Source: a virus (taxonomy: Duplodnaviria; Caudoviricetes). Taken from it: a DNA stretch of 62,007 nt. Shown here one piece after another: positions 54,795-62,007 of this stretch (position 1 is the stretch's first letter; each line of letters starts with the position of its first letter). Location of the stretch: the IMG/VR virus record IMGVR_UViG_3300042307_001090, positions 1 to 62,007 of that record; one strand, written 5' to 3'. The notes beneath the pieces are model-generated. The model was not told the DNA's origin and ran no database searches. It worked only from the letters and a program-made list of their open reading frames with translations. Made by a program: the position numbers and the translations under genes.

Positions 54795-55112
54795 ATGATT
54801 CCAAACGGCTACTACCTTGCCGGGCCTATGTCCGGTTTCCCTGAAAATAACTTCCCGGCGTTTCATGCCGAGGCCGGCCGCCTGCGGGCGCTTGGCCACC
54901 GCATCGCAAACCCCGCCGAGGCGTCTATCGGCGAAAACCCAACCTGGGCGGGTTTCATGCGCGAGGACATCGGCATGCTGTTGACTTGCGAGGCTGTCGT
55001 CGTTTTGCCGGGGTGGGATAAATCCAAGGGCGCAACGCTTGAAGTGCACATCGCCCGCTCGCTCGGCATGGCGGTGCTTGACCTAAGCCTTCAGCCCATT
55101 CCTCATGAGTAG
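54795..55112 (+). CDS. DUF4406 family protein
   Basis: YLAGPMSG....NFPAF...NPAE...W..FMR.D..ML..C....LPGW..SKGA.LE..IA..LG. Confidence 0.9.
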   Translation: MIPNGYYLAGPMSGFPENNFPAFHAEAGRLRALGHRIANPAEASIGENPTWAGFMREDIGMLLTCEAVVVLPGWDKSKGATLEVHIARSLGMAVLDLSLQPIPHE

Positions 55113-55671
55113 TTCCCCGCTGCGCGTAAAGTTCGACGCCTCGGACTTTGAATCGCTCGGGGCGGAGTTCAGCGTCTTTAAGGGTGAGATCCAAGAAGCC
55201 GTGCGGCGCGCCGTGAAAACCACCACCCAGCGGATTCAAGAGGAGGCAATCAGCGAGTTCGTGAAGGTCTCCGGCCTGCGCGTGTCGGGTGTGAGGAAGC
55301 GCATGTTTTTGCGTTACAAATACGCCGACGGCTACGGGCGCATTTGGTGGGGACTGTCGCCGGTATCGCTGGCGTTATTGAGCCCGAGGCGCTCGGCCAG
55401 CGGAGTGCGTGCAGGCCCCGTCTCAGTAGCGGGAGGGTTCATGCCGGGAGGCGACTATAAGCGCTCGGTGTTTAAGCGTCGCGGCCGCGAACGCCTGCCC
55501 ATAGACAAACAGTTTTACGAAGTACGCGACATGGGCGAAGGCGTTATTCGCGAAAAGATTGAACCCGTGATCGAAAGTATTTTTAAGGAGGAGCTGCGCG
55601 ATGAACTCCTCGGCGCTGTCTCCGGCGCCACGCGCGCGAAACGCCGCACCACCAAACGCTTTAAGCCATGA
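55105..55671 (+). CDS. Minor tail / tail completion protein (lambda Z-like)
   Basis: A..RA..TT, VFKR.G.ERLPI motif; neck-region position. Confidence 0.7.
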   Translation: MSSSPLRVKFDASDFESLGAEFSVFKGEIQEAVRRAVKTTTQRIQEEAISEFVKVSGLRVSGVRKRMFLRYKYADGYGRIWWGLSPVSLALLSPRRSASGVRAGPVSVAGGFMPGGDYKRSVFKRRGRERLPIDKQFYEVRDMGEGVIREKIEPVIESIFKEELRDELLGAVSGATRAKRRTTKRFKP

Positions 55672-56267
55672 GCCAAGACGCCTATAACCCCCTTCCTGCC
55701 GTTGACCTGGCCGCGCTTCATGAAGCGATCAAGACCGGCCTGCGCGCCGCGTTCCCCTTGTCGGGGCCGGGCGCCGTTGTGACCATCGACTATTACGGCC
55801 GCCAAGGTGAGCGCATCGTCACGCCGGCGATCCTCTTTGAGCTCACGGCGATTCTCCCGGGCGAGGGCGACGACGACGTGGGCACCGAGCAGTACAACTC
55901 GACACTCGAGTTCTCCGCTTATGTGATGGTGAGCTACCGCGAGGTCGCCGCCAAGCTCGCCGTTCGGTCCCTCATTGCTCGCACGCTCGCCGCGATCCGC
56001 GGTCAACGCTGGGCGCAGACCGGCGTCTTCACGCAGGCCAAGGTTTCCGGCGCGTTCCCCGACCAATTCCAAAACACGCAGGGCGGCAAATCGCCGAACG
56101 AGTCTTATGAGATGTGGCGAATCGATTGGACTCACGACGCGGTTATTAAGACCAGCGTATGGGACCCGTCCGGCGTTGTCCCGACCGAGGTCTGGCTTGG
56201 CATTGACCCCGAGACCGGCGTGCCGAACGTGGACAAATACACGCAGGTTGTGCCCGAGGCACCGTAA
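55668..56267 (+). CDS. Tail terminator-like protein
   Basis: LHEAI..GL...FP, TPAI..EL, GQRW, WRIDW; precedes the baseplate spike. Confidence 0.65.
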   Translation: MSQDAYNPLPAVDLAALHEAIKTGLRAAFPLSGPGAVVTIDYYGRQGERIVTPAILFELTAILPGEGDDDVGTEQYNSTLEFSAYVMVSYREVAAKLAVRSLIARTLAAIRGQRWAQTGVFTQAKVSGAFPDQFQNTQGGKSPNESYEMWRIDWTHDAVIKTSVWDPSGVVPTEVWLGIDPETGVPNVDKYTQVVPEAP

Positions 56268-56270
56268 CCC

Positions 56271-56897
56271 ATGAATGAATTTGCGCTCAATGAACTGGCT
56301 CGGCGAATGTCGAACCTGATTCGCGCCGGCACCATCGGCGAGGTCAACGCCACCGATGCGCGCGCCCGCGTGCAGATTGGCGCGCTGCTTACCGCGCCGC
56401 TGCCGTGGCTGACCGCTCGGGCCGGTGAAGACCGCACCTGGTGGGCGCCGAGTATTGGCGAGCAGGTTCTCGTGCTCGCGCCCGACGGCGAGCTGGCAGC
56501 CGGGTGGATTCTCCCGGGCGCTTACACTCAGGCATCGCCGGCGCCGGTCACCAATCCAGCCATTCACCGCACGACCTACCGCGACGGGGCCGTCGTTGAA
56601 TACGACACCGCCGAGCACAGGCTCACCGTCTCGGGCGTCGCGCAGGTAGCCGTCACTGGCAGCACGAGCTTGGTCGTCACCGCTCCGGCTATCACGATGA
56701 ATGGCGACTTTACGGTCAACGGCAACACCACGCTGAACGGTCCGCTCGCCCAGGGCACCGGCTCAAACGGCGGCGACGCGATCATGGCCGGCCCCTTGCA
56801 GGTTGCAGCCGACGTTATTGCCGACGGCGTCTCGCTTACTTTACACACGCATGGTGGCGTTGACACCGGCGGTGGCGATACCGACATCCCGAATTAA
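56271..56897 (+). CDS. Baseplate spike (P2 gpV-like)
   Basis: NLIR.GTI, LPWL..RAG....W.PS.GEQV, DGA..EYD, SL..HTHGGV. Confidence 0.95.
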   Translation: MNEFALNELARRMSNLIRAGTIGEVNATDARARVQIGALLTAPLPWLTARAGEDRTWWAPSIGEQVLVLAPDGELAAGWILPGAYTQASPAPVTNPAIHRTTYRDGAVVEYDTAEHRLTVSGVAQVAVTGSTSLVVTAPAITMNGDFTVNGNTTLNGPLAQGTGSNGGDAIMAGPLQVAADVIADGVSLTLHTHGGVDTGGGDTDIPN

Positions 56898-56915
56898 CCT
56901 TAATCCTAACTACCT

Positions 56916-57308
56916 ATGCCCGACACTTGGAACTCACTCACGCTTGGCGATATTTTCCCCGGCCCTAGCAGCACGATCGGCTCGCTTAAAGGGCAGGCTG
57001 ATAACCTGTTTGCCCGCTATGGCCGGATACAGTCGCAGCTCAACGCGAAGGTCGCCGCGCTGGAGACAATGAAGAACGAGTCAACGACGCTTGCCAACGG
57101 TCTCACACAGGCAGGTTTTTACCGGATCAATCTCGCGCCAAGCGTAGGCGGCTGGGCTGACCGCGCAAGCTCGGCCGCAGGCGCGCCGCCGAACGAGGGT
57201 TATTCGTGCGGCATTCTGATCGTCGTGCAGGCGCCCGATCTGCTCTCGCTCGGCGACAAGTACACGAAGCTGACCTCGATGCTGACCTCGCCGGTCAACC
57301 TCGGGTAA
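56916..57308 (+). CDS. Hypothetical baseplate-region protein
   Basis: 130 aa between gpV and gpW. Confidence 0.65.
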   Translation: MPDTWNSLTLGDIFPGPSSTIGSLKGQADNLFARYGRIQSQLNAKVAALETMKNESTTLANGLTQAGFYRINLAPSVGGWADRASSAAGAPPNEGYSCGILIVVQAPDLLSLGDKYTKLTSMLTSPVNLG

Positions 57309-57324
57309 CTGACCAGCCGGCGGC

Positions 57325-57426
57325 GGCGGGGCGTGCCGCTGGCAGGAAAGCGCGCTGATTACGGCGAGGCGTGCCGTTAGCAGGGAAGCGCGATGATTAC
57401 GGCGAGGCGTGCCGCTAGCAGGAAAG
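57325..57426 (+). repeat. Tandem 38-bp repeat, ~2.7 copies
   Basis: Units 57325-57362, 57363-57400, 57401-57426; the third runs into the late promoter motif. Confidence 0.9.
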
Positions 57427-57463
57427 ACCCGCACAAGACCCAAGCCGCGCCCCTGCGCATACT
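57421..57463 (+). promoter_or_regulatory. Late promoter motif GGAAAGACCCGCACAAGAC-N18-CATACT
   Basis: Fourth copy; 9 nt before the gpW ATG. Confidence 0.75.
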
Positions 57464-57472
57464 CGCCGGGCA

Positions 57473-57808
57473 ATGCGCGGCATCAACGCATCTTCAGGCA
57501 AGGCCATCGACGGCTTAGCCCACCTCCGGCAATCCATTGGGGACATTCTCTCGACCCCGCTGGGAAGCCGCGTCATGCGCCGCACTTACGGATCGCGCCT
57601 GTTTCAGTTGGTCGACGCGCCGGTCAACCGCGGCACGCTCGCCGAAATTTACGCCGCGACCGTTGACGCGCTTGTTACATGGGAGCCGCGCATCGCAGTT
57701 GAGCGCGTCCGGGTTGAGGCAATCAAGGCCGGCCGGATAACACTCACGCTCACCGCTACTCTCGTTGAATCCGGTGAACCTATCACGCTTGACGGGCTCG
57801 TCGTTTAA
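57473..57808 (+). CDS. Baseplate wedge protein (P2 gpW / gp25-like)
   Basis: HLRQSI.DIL.TP.GSRVMRR.YGS.L..LVD.P...WEPRI. Confidence 0.95.
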   Translation: MRGINASSGKAIDGLAHLRQSIGDILSTPLGSRVMRRTYGSRLFQLVDAPVNRGTLAEIYAATVDALVTWEPRIAVERVRVEAIKAGRITLTLTATLVESGEPITLDGLVV

Positions 57809-57817
57809 TTTTCGCGC

Positions 57818-58711
57818 ATGTCCACTTTTACGCCCATTGACCTCTCGCTTGTTTCCGCGCCGTCCATTGTGGAGGCACTGGATTACGAGACCATTTTGGC
57901 CGCGATGCTGGCCGACTTGCAGGCGCGCGACTCCGCGTTCACCGCGCTGGTTGAGTCCGACCCCGCTTACAAAATCCTTGAGGTCGCCGCCTATCGCGAG
58001 CTGTTGCTGCGCCAGCGTGTAAACGACGCGTGCCGCCAGGTCTTGCTCGCCTACGCGGTGGGCACGAATCTCGAACAACTCGCCGCGCTGTTTGGCGTCA
58101 CCCGGCTGACGCTGACTCCGGGCGACCCCGACGCCATCCCGCCTGTTGAGCCTACCTATGAGTCCGACACCGATCTGCGCCGCCGTGTACAGCTGTCGCT
58201 TGAGGGCCTGTCCACCGCAGGCCCGGTGGGCGCTTACATTTACCACGCCTTGACTGTGCCGGAGGTCGCCGACGCTTCAGTGGAGTCTCCGGACCCGGGC
58301 GATGTCGTTGTGACCGTGCTGGCCCGCGCCGGCACCGGCCTGCCTAGCGCGCAGACAATCGACGACGTTGAGGCGGCGCTGAATGCCGAGGACGTGCGAC
58401 CCTTGACGGATAACGTCACCGTGCAGGCGGCGACGATTGTTTCCTACGCGATCACCGCGACGATTTACACCTACGCCGGGCCTGACCCAGTCACGGTCAT
58501 CGCTTCCGCTCAGGCGTCCGCCACGGCTTATGCGGCGACGAACCGCAGGCTCGGCCGCAACATTACGCTGTCGGGCGTTTACGCGGCTCTGCATCAGCCC
58601 GGCGTTCAGCGCGTCGAGCTGGCAGCGCCGCTGGCCAACGTAACGTGCACCGCCGCGCAGGCCGCCAACTGCACCGCGGTAACTATCACCAACGGGGGCA
58701 CTGACGAATGA
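57818..58711 (+). CDS. Baseplate protein (P2 gpJ-like)
   Basis: IDLS....P..VE.LDYE, ESDP..K.LE..AYRE, STAGP..AY, VRPLTD.V.V. Confidence 0.95.
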   Translation: MSTFTPIDLSLVSAPSIVEALDYETILAAMLADLQARDSAFTALVESDPAYKILEVAAYRELLLRQRVNDACRQVLLAYAVGTNLEQLAALFGVTRLTLTPGDPDAIPPVEPTYESDTDLRRRVQLSLEGLSTAGPVGAYIYHALTVPEVADASVESPDPGDVVVTVLARAGTGLPSAQTIDDVEAALNAEDVRPLTDNVTVQAATIVSYAITATIYTYAGPDPVTVIASAQASATAYAATNRRLGRNITLSGVYAALHQPGVQRVELAAPLANVTCTAAQAANCTAVTITNGGTDE

Positions 58712-59391
58712 GCGAAGAGCTTGATCTGCTCCCGCCAAATGCGACCGCGCAAGAGCGCGCGATGTCGCTGGCTACGGCGCGCGCCGGCGAAGTGCCGATG
58801 CAGATCAAGCAGGTTTGGAATCCGCAGACCTGCCCGGCCGGCATTCTGCCTTGGCTCGCCTGGGCGCTGTCGGTTGACGCGTGGGATTCAAACTGGACCG
58901 AGCAGCAAAAGCGCGACGCGATCGAGGCGAGTGTTTCCGTGCATCGCGTGAAAGGCACGGTCGGAGCGGTGCGCCGTGCGTTGCAGGCTATCGGCTACGA
59001 GGTCATGGTCGATGAAAACACCGGCACCCCGTACACCTTCCGCCTGCAGGTTGACATCGGCGAGACCGGCGGCACCGAGGAAATTTACGACGAGGCTGAA
59101 CGCATCGCGCTGCGCAACAAAAACGCACGCTCTCACCTGCTGGGCGTGGACGCGATCGGCACCGTAAGCGGATTGACCCGCCTGTGCTCGGTAGGCATTG
59201 ACGGAAACACCACGCGAGTTTGGCCCGACGTGGTCGAGTTGCTGTCCCGTGTGGACATCCTGCGAATCCTCTCCGCTGAGCAGACCATTGACACGGCCCG
59301 CGTGATTCCTGAAGCACTTACCGACATAACTGTTTCCGGAGAACTGACTGCCGGTGGCGCGTTTGCCTACGACTTAACTATTTCAATCTAA
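58708..59391 (+). CDS. Tail protein (P2 gpI-like)
   Basis: LLPPNAT..ER, WNP.TCP...LPWLAWALSVD.WD, H..KGT. Confidence 0.95.
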   Translation: MSEELDLLPPNATAQERAMSLATARAGEVPMQIKQVWNPQTCPAGILPWLAWALSVDAWDSNWTEQQKRDAIEASVSVHRVKGTVGAVRRALQAIGYEVMVDENTGTPYTFRLQVDIGETGGTEEIYDEAERIALRNKNARSHLLGVDAIGTVSGLTRLCSVGIDGNTTRVWPDVVELLSRVDILRILSAEQTIDTARVIPEALTDITVSGELTAGGAFAYDLTISI

Positions 59392-59393
59392 TC

Positions 59394-60809
59394 ATGCCTG
59401 CGACCTACAAATCCATCGTTACCACACTCGGCCAGGCGAAGATCGCCACGGCCATCGCAAACAACTCGACCGTCAATCTTTTCGAGATGGCCGTCGGCGA
59501 CGGCAACGGCAATGCCACCACTCCGAACGTTTCGCAAACGGCGCTCGTGCGCGAGCAATACCGCGCGCAGCTCAACACGCTGACGAACGATCCGCAAAAC
59601 CCCAACTACGTCATCGCCGAGCTGGTGATCCCGTCGAGTGTTGGCGGGTGGACGGTTCGCGAGGTCGGCGTTTACGACAATGCCGGCGCCCTTGTCGTCG
59701 TCGCGAATTTCCCTGACACCTACAAGCCCGTCATCGGCGAAGGCAGCACGCGCGACCTGATCGTTCGCATCATCATCGAGGTAGCGGAGGCCGACGCGCT
59801 CACGCTGACGATTGATCCCGCGGTCGTGCTAGCCTCGCGGCAATGGGTGTCGGACAATTTTAGCATCGCGATTCAGATCCCTGGCGGCACCACCGGGCAG
59901 ATTCTGCGCAAGGCATCCAACTCAGCCGGCGACTTCGAGTGGTTTGACCCGGTCGCCGGTTACAACATCCTCGTGGATGTCGTGGAGGAATACCAGACAC
60001 TCGCCGCTTTACAGACGGTGGTCAATCTGGCCATTGCTACGACCAACGGTGCGGCGGTTTATGTCGACGGCGTTCGACTGGAGTCCAGCGAATGGGCGGC
60101 GACTGATTCCGACACGATCACGCTCGATGAATCTTACCCGGATGGTTCGCGCATCACGGTGTTGCAAAATGAGCCATTGTCGTCTGGAGATTTCCTGCGC
60201 ACTGCGAATCAGCTTAGCGAGATCAATGCAGCTGGTTCCGTCGCCCGCGAAGCTGCGCGCGTGAATATCGGGTTGCCGGCCGGCGGCACAACGGGAATTA
60301 TTCAGGCCGTCGCGCAGTTCCTTTACCCGGTGGGCGCGCTGTGGATGTCGACGGTTGCAGGCGATCCTTCGTCAATCTTGGGCTTCGGCACTTGGGCGCG
60401 CTTCGCTGAAGGCCGAGCCATCGTTGGCTTTAATGCGTCGGACTCCGATTTCAACGCGATTGAAAAGACGGGTGGCGCGAAGACCCACACGCTTATTTCG
60501 GCAGAGATACCTGCGCACGTTCACGTGATTGATCCGCCGCCGACTAACACGTCTAGTGGCGGCGCACACAATCACACGACAAGATTTAATCGCACTTCAA
60601 AATCCAGTAACGCAACCCCTTTCATACTCTCCGATCCTACTGTTGGAGAAAATCTAAACGGCTCTGTAGACCTGACAACCAGCACGAGCGGCGACCATGC
60701 TCACACCATTGACATCCCCGCGTTCAACTCAGGCAGCGTAGGCAGCGGGCAGGGCCACAACAATTTGCAGCCCTATATCACCACTTTTATCTGGAAGCGC
60801 ACTGCGTAA
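59394..60809 (+). CDS. Tail fibre protein 1 (P2 gpH-type N-terminus)
   Basis: T.LG.AKIA, MAVGDGNG, GGWTVREVG, YKP...EG; C-terminal YPVG..., GG.KTH.L...E.P.H.H, HNNLQPY. Confidence 0.9.
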   Translation: MPATYKSIVTTLGQAKIATAIANNSTVNLFEMAVGDGNGNATTPNVSQTALVREQYRAQLNTLTNDPQNPNYVIAELVIPSSVGGWTVREVGVYDNAGALVVVANFPDTYKPVIGEGSTRDLIVRIIIEVAEADALTLTIDPAVVLASRQWVSDNFSIAIQIPGGTTGQILRKASNSAGDFEWFDPVAGYNILVDVVEEYQTLAALQTVVNLAIATTNGAAVYVDGVRLESSEWAATDSDTITLDESYPDGSRITVLQNEPLSSGDFLRTANQLSEINAAGSVAREAARVNIGLPAGGTTGIIQAVAQFLYPVGALWMSTVAGDPSSILGFGTWARFAEGRAIVGFNASDSDFNAIEKTGGAKTHTLISAEIPAHVHVIDPPPTNTSSGGAHNHTTRFNRTSKSSNATPFILSDPTVGENLNGSVDLTTSTSGDHAHTIDIPAFNSGSVGSGQGHNNLQPYITTFIWKRTA

Positions 60810-60822
60810 TTAAACACAGCCC

Positions 60823-62007
60823 ATGCCTTACACACTTACACTCACGACGGCTGGCCAGGCCAAGATCATGGCCGCCATTGCCGCAGGCAGCAAAGTTACG
60901 CTTACGCATATTGCAGTCGGGTCATCGGCGACTCTGCTCACTGTTGCCAGCACGGCGCTCGGGCAGGAGCGGTTTCGCGCCTCGATCAATAACCAGTCGG
61001 TAGCGGGTAACGTGCTGACCATGACGGCAATCGTTCCGAGCACGCAGGGCGGCTGGTATATCCGCGAGCTGGCCGTCTTCGATGTTGACGGAACGCTGAT
61101 CGCCTTTTCTCAGTTCCCCGAGACCTATAAGCCGCAGCCTTCGATTGATAATGTAGGGGTAAACCTGACGTTAACCGCGTCGCTGAATGTCATCAATGCA
61201 GCGGCGATTACGGTGACGGTGTCTGCGGCCGCGCTGGTGTTGGTATCAAACAAGGCTACCGCCGCAGAAGTGAGATCCGGCACTGCTGACAAGTGGGTGG
61301 ATGCAAAGGAAAGTCAGACTGAATTAAGCGCGCGGTTGGCCGCGCTTATCGAGCGCGAGGGCCTGCGGTTTGACGGGACGGCGGGGGCTACTATTTCAAA
61401 CGGCGGGATTCCGGCTGTGGGGACGGGGGATTTTACGATAGCGTTTCTCCTAGCACCCGGAACTACATTGGGAGACTTAATTAGCGGAAATACAAACTCT
61501 CTTTGTGCTTATTATGGCGGAGATTATTTAGGCATACAAAAGCTTAATGTGGCAAACGGTGGATTTGTTACAAAAACAATAACGGAGGCAACAATATGCA
61601 CTTATGTTAGGCAAAGTGGCGTTGGGCAGTGGTATGTAGCTAACGCAGCTTTTGGCAGTCCACAGGCTGACACAAATGACTATAGCGTACCAAGTACCCA
61701 CATGATGCAGCGTGGCGACGGTACGCAGAAAGCATCTGGGAGTCTTGCCGCAACGCGTGCATTCAACTACGCCCTAACCCAGTCCGAAATCACGGCGCTA
61801 ATCGGACGCGGTCTGGTCACGCTGCCGGAGCAACGCGGCGGGAGTATGGTGAGCCTAATCCCATCTGGCAACGGCGCATCACTTGGAGCAACCGACGCTA
61901 ATAACCTCACCAATTGGAGCGCATATTTAGCAACTGGAAGCGTTGGTTCAGGAACGCGAACGGGTGGCGCTGGATCGTATTATGCGAGGCTCACCCGAGC
62001 GGGAATT
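60823..62007 (+). CDS. Tail fibre protein 2 (gpH-type N-terminus), runs off the window end; continues at 7685-8383 if the genome is circular
   Basis: Own translation from ATG 60823: MPYTLTLTTAGQAKI...GGWYIRELAVFD...YKP...ALIEREGLRFDGTAGA...NYALTQSEITALIGRG; open to the end. Confidence 0.88.
   Translation, partial: MPYTLTLTTAGQAKIMAAIAAGSKVTLTHIAVGSSATLLTVASTALGQERFRASINNQSVAGNVLTMTAIVPSTQGGWYIRELAVFDVDGTLIAFSQFPETYKPQPSIDNVGVNLTLTASLNVINAAAITVTVSAAALVLVSNKATAAEVRSGTADKWVDAKESQTELSARLAALIEREGLRFDGTAGATISNGGIPAVGTGDFTIAFLLAPGTTLGDLISGNTNSLCAYYGGDYLGIQKLNVANGGFVTKTITEATICTYVRQSGVGQWYVANAAFGSPQADTNDYSVPSTHMMQRGDGTQKASGSLAATRAFNYALTQSEITALIGRGLVTLPEQRGGSMVSLIPSGNGASLGATDANNLTNWSAYLATGSVGSGTRTGGAGSYYARLTRAGI
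61764..62007 (+). repeat. 244-bp direct repeat, copy 2 (copy 1 at 7441-7684)
   Basis: 3 substitutions versus copy 1; truncated by the window end. Confidence 0.95.

Noticed and set aside
57325-57426. Possible mini-CRISPR array
   Set aside because: Units are contiguous near-identical repeats with no unique spacers, and no cas genes are present.
61764-62007. Physical direct terminal repeats of the virion DNA
   Set aside because: The repeat is internal on the left side, lies mid-gene, and the terminase/cos features point to cohesive ends. Circular assembly overlap or a shared module explains it better.

Overview
This window looks like a complete ~54.3 kb circular, high-GC tailed phage genome (about 7441-61763). 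It has a lambda-like packaging/head module (cos-like site, Nu1/gpA-type terminase, lambda-type portal, protease-capsid fusion) and a P2-like contractile tail. Joined to its left is a ~6.8-7.4 kb fragment of a different, podovirus-like phage (giant polyvalent protein with ART- and GNAT-like domains, T7-type fibre adaptor). The two parts meet inside a shared, modular tail-fibre sequence: 7441-7684 repeats at 61764-62007 with 3 mismatches. The most striking element is an integrase-less integron-like array (attI-like site plus three canonical attC sites, 17866-20104) whose three cassettes all lie antisense to the attC sites and are wired into the phage's leftward operon. Other notable signals are two covarying copies of a tRNA-like structured RNA next to a densely structured non-coding block, a four-copy late promoter motif paired with a Mor/C-type activator, nine copies of a TTGCG-N4-CGCAA operator, an overlapping beta-like ORF inside the C5 methyltransferase, and a P2-type -1 frameshift. 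No integrase, CRISPR array, rRNA or canonical tRNA was found. All protein calls come from recognised motifs and synteny; no database search was run.
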